Shown in pieces: positions 8,571 to 17,771 of a stretch of DNA of 64,000 nucleotides; the stretch's first letter is position 1, and each line of letters opens with the position of its first letter. The notes under the pieces were generated by a model. It was given only the letters and a program-made list of their open reading frames with translations. It was not told the origin of the DNA and did not search any database. The position numbers and the translations under genes are program-made. This stretch comes from SAR202 cluster bacterium bin87 (GTDB lineage: Bacteria > Chloroflexota > Dehalococcoidia > Lucifugimonadales > UBA3495), in assembly GCA_002238825.1 (NCBI GenBank), contig MPNC01000004.1, positions 5,241-69,240 on the forward strand, written 5' to 3'.

Positions 8571-8948
8571 TCACAGTCCCACCTCGACCGCCAACGCTAT
8601 CGGCACCAGCGCCAGCGTCAGGATGAAGAATGCGAATGCCGCGATGGTGGCGAGCCAGCTGACCACACCTATCATGGTCTGGCCAAAACTGCGGTCACGA
8701 AGCCGATTATAGACCGTGCACAGCAGGGCTGCCGTCACGGAACAGAAGATGACCAGCGACGCCATCAGGACTCCGGGATTGACGGCGGCTCCCACCCCGA
8801 GGTCGATGTTGAAGCCGGCGATGTTCACGCCTTCGAGGAGCTGCACCACCTTGACGCTGCTGCCCACGGCGGCCATCAACAAGGCCGAGATGGATGCCAG
8901 CACCAGGTTGCAGGCCATGAGGTCGTAACGGGCGGGAGTTTGGTTCAC
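8571..8948 (-). CDS. Membrane protein (about 4 TM)
   Basis: GTG start with AGGAG 8 nt upstream; hydrophobic throughout. Confidence 0.6.
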   Translation of the reverse strand: MNQTPARYDLMACNLVLASISALLMAAVGSSVKVVQLLEGVNIAGFNIDLGVGAAVNPGVLMASLVIFCSVTAALLCTVYNRLRDRSFGQTMIGVVSWLATIAAFAFFILTLALVPIALAVEVGL

Positions 8949-9483
8949 GACTCGGGCTCCTGGTGTGGGATTGAGGTCAGCGGCTTGGCGTGGCTGGCGA
9001 ATGGCGGTTAGTGGATTGGCCCGAACGTGGTCAACGATAAGATAGTTCCTCTTCGCATGGTCGCCATGGAGTCAGTAGTGGGCGCGCGTGTACCGGCGGG
9101 CGCCGCGGCCGCGGCGGTTTGTCCGGTATTTGGCAGGATGCCACACCGGACCACGGAACAGCGCCTTGCGCCGTCTGGAAGGTTGCCGTGCTTTGCTCTC
9201 GCCAGCGGGGACGACACTGCCCGACCCGGTACGGGAAACGATGGTGGACTTGCCAGGTTCGGTGGGTGCGGTCCGCAACCGTTCACGCAGCCAGTCAAAA
9301 GCAGCTTTCATGGCGGTACCTCGGGAGCGGCTGTTTTGCCCGGGCGCTGCCGATGCCCGGGCGGTCCGCTGTTTTTAGTTTCCAGACACGCGGCCCGCCA
9401 TGTCAACGAATACCTGCACCAATTACGACTGGTTTGAGCGGGTCACAACCTCCGGACCGAATCACGGGTTTCGCGACGCTGCA

Positions 9484-9894
9484 TCAGCTGGCCAGGCTGG
9501 CGCCGGTCTCGTAAGTGAACTGCCACCCGAGCCGTGCGATGATCCAAAGGCCGTAGGCGGAAGTGGCTGAGGCGACGGCGATCGTCCAGGCTGTCACGAA
9601 CATCGGCACCGCGACCGCAGCCAGAGATAGCACAGCGAGGGCCGTGGGGCCGGCGACCAGGAACGTCACCAGCAGGGCGACGGAGACCTGTTTTTGAAGG
9701 CTCCAGGACCTGGCGGAGGCCACGTCTGTAGCCAGGCTGGTGCGGCAGTGACGCCACGCCCGGGCGGTCCAGAGGAGCATGGTCGGCTGCAGCAGATGAG
9801 CCAGGTGCCATGCAGTCCACGGCAGTAATGTGGCGTCGGTGGTCGTGAGGGTGGCTATGATGCTCAAGAGCACGACGAACGAGGCGGTGTCCAT
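9484..9894 (-). CDS. Membrane protein
   Basis: Start at MDTASFVVLLSII with AGGAGG upstream; several TM segments. Confidence 0.55.
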   Translation of the reverse strand: MDTASFVVLLSIIATLTTTDATLLPWTAWHLAHLLQPTMLLWTARAWRHCRTSLATDVASARSWSLQKQVSVALLVTFLVAGPTALAVLSLAAVAVPMFVTAWTIAVASATSAYGLWIIARLGWQFTYETGASLAS

Positions 9895-10162
9895 ACGACC
9901 TCCTGTTGGGTGTTGAAAAACAGCCCGAGGAGGTTGCACGAGTGGCCCTGCGACCTGTTATAATCGGTCGTGGACTGTGCGCCTCCTCGGGCGCGGTCTG
10001 TGCGCCCTTCATGGGCGCGGTTTGGGGGCCGTTACTCGTTAGCCTTGGAAGCGTTGGAGTGGCGGCCACTTTATTTCATTGGTATCGCATCATCCCTGGC
10101 CCTAGTTGGGCATCCTGATGGTATCAGGTTTGCTCGCCGCCGGGAACACCGAGCACAGAAAA

Positions 10163-10201
10163 CGCGCAGCACCGGTTTGCCGGTGCTGCGCGTTTGTCAT
10201 T
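10163..10201. terminator. Stem-loop, possible bidirectional terminator
   Basis: CGCGCAGCACCGG-TTTG-CCGGTGCTGCGCG, flanked by an A-run upstream and a T-rich tract downstream. Confidence 0.5.
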
Positions 10202-10298
10202 TTGTGACCTGAGGGCGGCGCCGTGCTGTGAGTACAACCCGGTGCGGTTTGCGTTTGCCCGGCCCGGCCGATGAGGCTTTCCGTCCGGAAGACCCTGC

Positions 10299-10328
10299 TT
10301 GACATATCGTCAACCCGGCGCGTATAAG
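10299..10328 (+). promoter_or_regulatory. Sigma70-like promoter candidate for the giant gene
   Basis: TTGACA, 18-nt spacer, TATAAG; about 60 nt upstream of the ATG at 10390. Confidence 0.4.
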
Positions 10329-10389
10329 CGCGTCCGGCCCCGCAAACAGGCAGGCACTCGCTCATGAACACGCCAGAGGATGAAACGCC

Positions 10390-13300
10390 ATGACCAGAAC
10401 GCAATTACCGCGCACCCGTCTTGTACTTCTTGGATTGACTGCCCTGGTGGCGATGCTAGCCATCGGGGCTTTGCTTTGGGGTGGTTCGTTCGTCGGGACG
10501 TCCTCGGCCCAGGCGCCGGACACGCCGCCGGACCCGGACGCGCCGGCGGTATCGGACGGGGAGTGCGGGGTTCTGTTCACCAGCATTCCGTACAACATCC
10601 CGCTGGGCGAGACCAAAGAGTTCCGCTGGCGGTACGAGAACGTCGACGTCGGCACGCTGATCATCCACTCGCCGGACCCGGACATTGCTCGCATTACCGA
10701 CAACACGGGCACATCGGTGTCGATGCGCGGCGAGAGCCGCGGGGTCGGCGAGATCACGCTATCGGCGCTGTGTGTGAACGAAGCCCAGAAGGGGCAGCGC
10801 ATAGCCGTATCGTCTCCGGTGGTGGTCGACAACGCGGACACGTCCGAGGCGCACGAATGGCCGCCGGTGGATGGCGGCGTCACGGGCCAGCAGGAGGAGA
10901 ACGCGCCCGATCTTGAGGTGCTGAGTCCGCTGGTGATTCCCAACCCTGCAACCGAGAAGAGCAACGTCAGGGTCGGCGTGCAGGTCCACAACGAGGGCGA
11001 CCAGCCGGCGCCGGCCACGACCGTCACGTTCTACCGGTCCACGGACGCCGTCATTACTCGGCGAGACACCAGCCTGGCGACCTACAACGTGCCGATCCTG
11101 TTGCAGTTCAGGCACCAGGCCTTCTTGTATCGGTTCACGGCGCCCGAGGTGAACCGCCGGACCACGTTCTACTACGGAGCGTGCGTCGCGGCCGTGAACG
11201 GCGAGGCCGACACCACCAACAACTGCTCGAAGGCCGCGACCCTGACGGTGAATCCGGAAACCGTAAACCCGCCGGTCACGGCGCCGGAGCGTCCGAACAT
11301 CAAGGCCTACTGGTCGGGCACCGGGTCGGGCGGTCGCTACGCCGAGGCCGAGTTCGAGCGGGTGGCTGACGACGAGGACTATTATCATTCCTACGCGGTG
11401 ACCACGCTCTGCGTCGGCAGAACCTGCTCGTCCACCAGCACGTCAGTGGAGACCATCGTTGACGACACCCCCGACGACTGCAACGAGCTCAACGACGACG
11501 ACTGCTACACCACAACGGAGCGCTACGTGTCGTTCATGACGCTGGGGCCGTCCAGCAGCGCGACGATCACGTTCTACGCCCGGGCGTGCAAGACCGGCAA
11601 CGTCTGCTCGGCCTATGCGTCCAGCTCGGTGCGGCACACCACCCTGCCGCAGGTGCCCACGCCCTCCGGGCTGCGGGTGACCGGCGTTACCGGCAGCAGC
11701 GTGTCGTTGTCGTGGAACGCCATATCGGGCGCCAGTGGCTACAGGGTGTTCTACTGGCGTACCGGCTGGAACACGTGGCGGGTCGCGGAAACCCTGACCG
11801 GCACGAGCCACACCCAGAGGGGGCTGAGCGCCGGCGTGCAGTATTACTTCATGGTGCGGGCCCGGGGCGACGGCGTGACGTACTTCAACAGCTACGGCAA
11901 CGCGTCGTCGTCGGTATCGGCGACCCCGACGAGACCAGTCACCTTCACGGTGTTCAACTTCTCGCCGAACCCAATTTACGCCGGCGGAACCAGCAACGTC
12001 TGGACGGTGCAGAACGGCGTGTCGAGCGTCTACATGGACGTGGACTACGCGGTTGGGAGCAGAAAGGACTCGTCCGGCGGGATCAACGTCCAGGTGCTGA
12101 ATTCCAGCAATCGGGTCACGTCCACCGTGGTGGTCGACAACGAGAACGACAGCGGTACGTTATCGGGCGTGTCCGCCGGTTCCCGCATTCGGGTCATGCT
12201 GGAAAATGACGCCTGGGACCAGCATGCGTCGCTCGTGACGCTCACGTTCCATTCCGGGAGCAGCGACAGCGCTCCCGTAATCGCCCGGGCGACGCTCCAG
12301 AAGGAACGGGAGCTGAGCCGGCCGGAAGAGAACGGCAGCCCGACGATTGAAAACACGCGCTCGGGCGCCGTCACCCTGCACTGGAGCCGGGGAACGGAGT
12401 ACGCTGGCCAGCGGCCGGACCACTACCTGTTGGTCATACCCGGCGCGAGCGGTACCTATTCCAGCGGGCTGAAGGTGGCTGACGCCGCCGACGTCGACCA
12501 CCGGATCTCGTCCGCGCGCAGCAGGAATTTGGAGGGGACCCACACCGCCAGCGTGCGCCACTGCAACGCGGCCGGCGGGTGTTCCGATGCTCTTCCCATC
12601 ACCTTCACACTGCCGGCCTACGTGCCGCCCCCACCGCCCGGTGACGTGTTCAACTTCTCGCCGAACCCAATTTACGCCGGCGGGACCAGCAACGTCTGGA
12701 CGGTGCCGAGCAGCGTGTCGAGCGTCTACCTGGACGTGGACTACGCGATTGGACAGAACAAGGACCTGACGGGCGTGATCAACGTTCAGGTGCTGGACTC
12801 CCGCAACCGGGTCACCTCCACGGTGGAGGTCAACAACGAGAACGACAGCACGACGTTGTCGGGCGTGTCCAGGGGTTCCCGCGTTCGGGTCATGCTGGAG
12901 AACGATGCCTGGGACCTGCATGCGTCGTCCGTGACGCTGACGTTCCACTCCGGGACCAGCGATAGCGGAGCTGAGATAGCCAAGGCGGTCGTCCAGAAGG
13001 AACGGAGGCCGAGCCAGGTCCCGCCGGACGGCGACCCCACGGTCAACAACATGTGCCCCGGCACCGTCACCCTGCATTGGAAGCGGGGGACGGTGCACGC
13101 TGGTCAGCGGCCAGACCACTATCGAGTGGTGATACCAAACCCGACCAATCGCAACGCCGCTCCGCTGTACCAGAACCTGAACGTGTCCGACGCCAACGAC
13201 CCCGTCAGCCTCCCAATCCGGGCTTCGCGGGACAATGGACTGGAGGGGACCCATACCGCCCGGGTGAGCCACTGCAACGCGGCGGGCGGGTGTTCGCTGC

Positions 13301-16300
13301 CGACGAGCATCAGTTTTACGATGCCGAAATGCACGACCGGCCCGCAGCCCCGTCCCGTATTCAACTTCTCGCCTAACCCGATTCGCGCAGGCGGGACCAG
13401 CACCGTATGGACGGTGCCGAGCGGAGTATCGAGCGTATACCTGGACGTGGACTACGCGACCGGGAGCATAAAGGACTCGTCCGGCGGCATCAACGTCCAG
13501 GTGTTGGATTCCCGCAACCGGCCTACGTCGACCGTGGCGGTCGGCAGTGAGGGTGACAGCGGGACGCTGGACGACGTGCGCGCCGGCTCCCGCGTGCGGG
13601 TCATGCTGGAAAATGACGCCTGGGACCAGGATGCGTCGCTCGTGACGCTCACGTTCCATTCCGGTGCCAGCGCCACCGGTCCCGCAATCGCCCGGGCGAC
13701 GCTCCAGAAGGAGCGGGAGCTGAGCCGGCCGGTAGCGAACGGCAGCCCGACGATTGAAAACACGCGCTCGGGCGCCGTCACTCTGCACTGGAGCCGGGGG
13801 AGGGAGTACGCTGGCCAGCGGCCGGACCACTACCTGTTGGTGATCCCTGGCGCGAGCGGCGCCTATTCCAGCGGGCTGAAGGTGGCTGACGCCGACGACG
13901 TCGACCACCGGATCTCGTCCGCGCGCAGCAGGAATGTGGACGGCACCCACACCGCCAGCGTGCGCCACTGCAACGCGGCCGGCGGGTGTTCCGATGCTCT
14001 GAGCATCACGTTCACGCTGCCGGCCTTTGTGACGTCGCCGCCGCCGACGCGGCCAATCCCGCCGACCATGGTTCCATCTCCTCCACCCCCAACGAATATG
14101 CAATTGGGGATTCACGGTAGCCGCTGGGACGCTCTTTCCCTGACGTATTCCAACAGTTCGTGGAGCCGGAGCAACGACCACTACTATCAGTTCCAGTTGC
14201 AGCAGCGAAGTGGGAGCAGTTGGTCGGCAGTCGGCACCCAGGTTGTTGGCACAGATGCCAGCACCACCGTTGTCGTCAACTTCCCCAACCAGAGGGGAGA
14301 TACCGAGACGTTCCGAGTCTTCGGCCAGCGTTGCACCAACAGTGGATACACGGTATGCGGCAACTTCGCCACCTCCGCAACGTTCGTTCTGCCCGCTCGT
14401 CCTCCCGCGCCAAAACCGGAGTCGTTGGCCGTGGACCCTCGCGTTGCGGGTACTCTGAACGCCACTTTTCGAACCCAAAGTTGGAGTTGGCAGAACGCTC
14501 CCCCCGGCCATTTCTATCAATTGCAGTTGCGAGAGCCCTCCACCGGTACCGTGGTGGACACCGTGGATGTGTCGCTGGCGAACCCGGGCACAATCTCGGA
14601 GGGATTCACCAACGTACCGTCGAACAAGGAATATCAAACCCGGGGGCGGCGTTGCACCTACGACACGAACGGGGTTTACACTCGCTGTGGTCCGTGGGGC
14701 GCGTCGGTTGGTATGCCGCCACCCCCGGTGATCACCAGGTTAGCGCCGCACGCCACCTCAAAAACCGCGGCCAACCTCACGTACACGTCGGGCAACCTGC
14801 CTGGCGTCAACAGCAGTATCCATCAATTTGAACGGGAGAAGCACGACGGCACAAACTGGGTCAGTCCGGCCATCCGTCACAGCGGCAGGTCTCCGCACGT
14901 CCTGACCGGCCTTGATGAAGGCGGGAGATACCGGGTCCACGGCCGGCGTTGCCTGGATCTCACCAGCAATTTCTGCGGCTACTGGTCGCCCCATTCGGAA
15001 ATCACGCTGAACAAACTCCAGAAACCGGAAGTCACGGTGATGCCGGTTGCGGCCGGCACCACGCCTGGCCAGCGTGAAGTGACCATCGAATGGCCGAACG
15101 ATCCATTGGCGAGCAATTACCGCGTCAATACGACGACCGTTGGGGCCACTAACCTTGCGCCGGTTCTCGTCGGTGCGACGTACTCGGCCAATCTGCGCCT
15201 GGAGGACGAATTGGACACGATGTCCGCCGAGTATTCGTTCGAAGTCGTTGCCGAAAACCCCGGCAGCAACTACGCCGACAGCGAACCGGCCAAAGTCAAG
15301 ATTGTCCGTGACCCCATCAAACGGGCTGACGGAGACAGCCGTAACGTAACCGGGGGTCAGGCCGCCATCACCTGGCACGCCCAACCGGGAGGATCAAACT
15401 TCTGGGTGTGGTACTGGCAATTGGGCCACAACGACGATGAGCAGGTTTGGTCGGGACACGACGACTTCATTTCTGAACAGAAGTCCAAGGCCAACACCAA
15501 CACCGCCCACACGGTGGGTGGACTGACGCAGAAATCAGTCTATGCGCTCCAGCTCCGGTGGACGGAGGGCGATACCGAGGTATTTTCCGGCACATTCTCT
15601 TACGTCTGGCCGCATGACGACTTTCCCAAGCGGGGACTGGGCGACCAGGGACGTGTGGCGTCGTATCCCTCATTCGGGCATTGGCCCAACCGGACCTACA
15701 CCTACCGTTTCTGCGCAGATACGTTCGACCCCTTCCAGGCCGAATGGTCGCACGCAATCAACGAAGCTTTCAACACCTGGGGTGCGGCGACTGACGGTTA
15801 TGTGAACATCGTTCGCAGCCCCGATGCCTGCACCGTGGGAGATCTGCGGCGCGGGCCCACATGGTTGAAGATGACCAACATGGTCGCAACGTCCCTGAAC
15901 GTCAACGAGGTCTACATGGTGAACGATGATGATTGGTCGTTCTTGCATAAGCTCAACCTGCTGCTGTTCATCGACGATCTCCAGGGAATTTGCGGGTTGA
16001 CCACGCCGTCGGGGTGCGCGATTTCCCGGGCATACGGACCCACCCAGAGCGCCAAGACGGAACTGAGCAACGCCGCGGGGTCGAAGAACGCGGTGGACAT
16101 CCTGTTCCGCGGCAGCAAGTTCAGTATGGGTGGTACATTCGTGCGTCCCACGGATACGTATTTCAACCAGTGCGATGGCGCCCGGGACACGAATGTGCAT
16201 CATTCCTATACCACGGCATTGCACGAGGCGGGACACGCGCTCGGGTTGTCGGGAAGGCTCATTGTCGCCCCCAACGATCTCTACGACGACATCGCGTGGG

Positions 16301-16503
16301 CCGTCTTCACCAGGAACGAACAGAGACTGGCGGAATTGTTCAACGACATCGGTAAAAACAGCCTCTATGAGGGTGGGCATCCCTCGGTCCCGATGGCGGT
16401 CATGAATTATGACCATGTTCCCGGAGCGTCTGGTGAACCGGACTGTTATCCCCACGCCTTCGACGTGATGGCAGTCTGGGCGGTCTATCAAACGGTGAAA
16501 TGA
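10390..16503 (+). CDS. Giant secreted multidomain protein (CARDB, FN3, three ~230-aa tandem modules, C-terminal metzincin-like protease)
   Basis: Signal peptide ...GTSSAQA. CARDB-like block (...VHNEGDQPAPATTVTFYRS...GEADTTNNCS). FN3 block (PSGLRVTGVTGSSVSLSWNA). HEAGHALGL zinc motif with a downstream AVMNY Met-turn. Confidence 0.9.
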   Translation: MTRTQLPRTRLVLLGLTALVAMLAIGALLWGGSFVGTSSAQAPDTPPDPDAPAVSDGECGVLFTSIPYNIPLGETKEFRWRYENVDVGTLIIHSPDPDIARITDNTGTSVSMRGESRGVGEITLSALCVNEAQKGQRIAVSSPVVVDNADTSEAHEWPPVDGGVTGQQEENAPDLEVLSPLVIPNPATEKSNVRVGVQVHNEGDQPAPATTVTFYRSTDAVITRRDTSLATYNVPILLQFRHQAFLYRFTAPEVNRRTTFYYGACVAAVNGEADTTNNCSKAATLTVNPETVNPPVTAPERPNIKAYWSGTGSGGRYAEAEFERVADDEDYYHSYAVTTLCVGRTCSSTSTSVETIVDDTPDDCNELNDDDCYTTTERYVSFMTLGPSSSATITFYARACKTGNVCSAYASSSVRHTTLPQVPTPSGLRVTGVTGSSVSLSWNAISGASGYRVFYWRTGWNTWRVAETLTGTSHTQRGLSAGVQYYFMVRARGDGVTYFNSYGNASSSVSATPTRPVTFTVFNFSPNPIYAGGTSNVWTVQNGVSSVYMDVDYAVGSRKDSSGGINVQVLNSSNRVTSTVVVDNENDSGTLSGVSAGSRIRVMLENDAWDQHASLVTLTFHSGSSDSAPVIARATLQKERELSRPEENGSPTIENTRSGAVTLHWSRGTEYAGQRPDHYLLVIPGASGTYSSGLKVADAADVDHRISSARSRNLEGTHTASVRHCNAAGGCSDALPITFTLPAYVPPPPPGDVFNFSPNPIYAGGTSNVWTVPSSVSSVYLDVDYAIGQNKDLTGVINVQVLDSRNRVTSTVEVNNENDSTTLSGVSRGSRVRVMLENDAWDLHASSVTLTFHSGTSDSGAEIAKAVVQKERRPSQVPPDGDPTVNNMCPGTVTLHWKRGTVHAGQRPDHYRVVIPNPTNRNAAPLYQNLNVSDANDPVSLPIRASRDNGLEGTHTARVSHCNAAGGCSLPTSISFTMPKCTTGPQPRPVFNFSPNPIRAGGTSTVWTVPSGVSSVYLDVDYATGSIKDSSGGINVQVLDSRNRPTSTVAVGSEGDSGTLDDVRAGSRVRVMLENDAWDQDASLVTLTFHSGASATGPAIARATLQKERELSRPVANGSPTIENTRSGAVTLHWSRGREYAGQRPDHYLLVIPGASGAYSSGLKVADADDVDHRISSARSRNVDGTHTASVRHCNAAGGCSDALSITFTLPAFVTSPPPTRPIPPTMVPSPPPPTNMQLGIHGSRWDALSLTYSNSSWSRSNDHYYQFQLQQRSGSSWSAVGTQVVGTDASTTVVVNFPNQRGDTETFRVFGQRCTNSGYTVCGNFATSATFVLPARPPAPKPESLAVDPRVAGTLNATFRTQSWSWQNAPPGHFYQLQLREPSTGTVVDTVDVSLANPGTISEGFTNVPSNKEYQTRGRRCTYDTNGVYTRCGPWGASVGMPPPPVITRLAPHATSKTAANLTYTSGNLPGVNSSIHQFEREKHDGTNWVSPAIRHSGRSPHVLTGLDEGGRYRVHGRRCLDLTSNFCGYWSPHSEITLNKLQKPEVTVMPVAAGTTPGQREVTIEWPNDPLASNYRVNTTTVGATNLAPVLVGATYSANLRLEDELDTMSAEYSFEVVAENPGSNYADSEPAKVKIVRDPIKRADGDSRNVTGGQAAITWHAQPGGSNFWVWYWQLGHNDDEQVWSGHDDFISEQKSKANTNTAHTVGGLTQKSVYALQLRWTEGDTEVFSGTFSYVWPHDDFPKRGLGDQGRVASYPSFGHWPNRTYTYRFCADTFDPFQAEWSHAINEAFNTWGAATDGYVNIVRSPDACTVGDLRRGPTWLKMTNMVATSLNVNEVYMVNDDDWSFLHKLNLLLFIDDLQGICGLTTPSGCAISRAYGPTQSAKTELSNAAGSKNAVDILFRGSKFSMGGTFVRPTDTYFNQCDGARDTNVHHSYTTALHEAGHALGLSGRLIVAPNDLYDDIAWAVFTRNEQRLAELFNDIGKNSLYEGGHPSVPMAVMNYDHVPGASGEPDCYPHAFDVMAVWAVYQTVK
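11950..14030 (+). repeat. Three tandem ~0.7-kb intragenic repeats
   Basis: Units start at 11950, 12645 and 13357 (VFNFSPNPI.AGGTS...). Units 1 and 3 are near-identical in their second halves. Confidence 0.9.
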
Positions 16504-17771
16504 TGATGCGAACGATGCTCACCGCTCTTATCGTGGGACTCGTCGGTTCGGCATGTGGCTGGGTGGGTTTTGCCTGGGATTCAACCACTTATTTCGGACC
16601 ACTCTCCCGACAGGAATTGTACGGCCCCGAAACCCGGGGGCTGGCGCCCTTATGGAGTCCCGATGGGAACCACGTGGCGGTGATCATCAAACGTGAACAC
16701 AACGTATGGCACGGTTACAGCGTGCCGACCTCCGGGGGCGTTCTGCACCGCCTGTCCGCCGCCACACCGGAGAGCATGCATGGGTCGCTGACGATGAGCG
16801 CCGGGGGCCGGCTGGCCTACGTGGACTATTGGTACGAGCCGCGTCAAGGTTTTGTGCGGCAGGGCACCGGCCCACACCACGCCACGATCGTGACAACCAA
16901 TTTTGACGCTACGGACCGTGTCGAGCTGGAGGTCCCATCCGCTTCGTACGTGTACGCCCTGGCGTGGTGGCCTGGACCTGACCTTCTGATTGCTCGCGTA
17001 TTCAGTGAACAGGACCGCGAAATCAACGGTTTGTACACGGTCGGCGCTGATGGAAAATTGGCGCGATTCGACGGTCCGGGTTTGGGGGATGCTTCTTTGC
17101 GGTATGTCAGATTCCCGGTATTCTCGCCGAACGGTGAACACATCGCGTATCTCCAATATGAACATGAAAGCAGACCCCCCGGACCGCAGCGGAGAGCGGT
17201 GATCGAAAGGGTCGACGGTCTTGGCTCCCCGGTGCAGGCTCCATTCGCTAAGTCCCCATTGGACACTTCGGCGATAGCCTGGGCTCCTGACGGTCAAAGC
17301 GTGCTGTTTGCAACAATGAAGCAACCGGAGGGTGAGCACCACTGTGGGGACGAAACCGATACCACGATCTGGCGGTTGAGCGTAGATGGCTCCGAGATTG
17401 AACCGGTAGCCGAGCTCCCCTCTACCGGCGGGGTATATTCGGTGCTCCCGTCGCCGCGCGGGGACCATATCCTGTTCCTCCACCCATGCGGCGAAGGCCT
17501 GAACGTCCTGACGGAAGGAGAGGTGCACACTCTGCCAACAGTGTGCTGCGTTCATAAAAGGCACTTTGCAGCCTCGTGGTCTCCGGACGGAACGCGGATT
17601 GCTGTTGTCGACCAACGCCAGGACAAGCAGCAAAGGATCCCCGCCCTGCAAGTCATGAATCCCGATGGGTCGCAGGTCACTACATTGATTTATCGAGAAA
17701 CGGACGGATCTTTGACACCGGGGCTGGAGCAGTCAAAAATCATCAAGGAGAACCATGCAGAAACTAACTAA
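16500..17771 (+). CDS. TolB-like / PD40 beta-propeller lipoprotein
   Basis: ATGA overlap with the upstream stop. Lipobox VGSAC. Repeated WSPDGNHVAV, FSPNGEHIAY, WAPDGQSVLF, WSPDGTRIAV. Confidence 0.8.
   Translation: MMMRTMLTALIVGLVGSACGWVGFAWDSTTYFGPLSRQELYGPETRGLAPLWSPDGNHVAVIIKREHNVWHGYSVPTSGGVLHRLSAATPESMHGSLTMSAGGRLAYVDYWYEPRQGFVRQGTGPHHATIVTTNFDATDRVELEVPSASYVYALAWWPGPDLLIARVFSEQDREINGLYTVGADGKLARFDGPGLGDASLRYVRFPVFSPNGEHIAYLQYEHESRPPGPQRRAVIERVDGLGSPVQAPFAKSPLDTSAIAWAPDGQSVLFATMKQPEGEHHCGDETDTTIWRLSVDGSEIEPVAELPSTGGVYSVLPSPRGDHILFLHPCGEGLNVLTEGEVHTLPTVCCVHKRHFAASWSPDGTRIAVVDQRQDKQQRIPALQVMNPDGSQVTTLIYRETDGSLTPGLEQSKIIKENHAETN

Noticed and set aside
11950-14030. Diversity-generating retroelement (template/variable repeat) explanation for the near-identical modules
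   Set aside because: No reverse transcriptase gene is in the window, and the repeats are in-frame domain modules of one protein. The differences between them do not look confined to particular bases by eye.
12160-14637. 825-aa minus-strand ORF
   Set aside because: It is antisense to the giant plus-strand gene. The composition is Arg/Gly/Pro/Val-rich shadow-frame type, it mirrors the intragenic repeats, and it has no SD or recognisable motifs.
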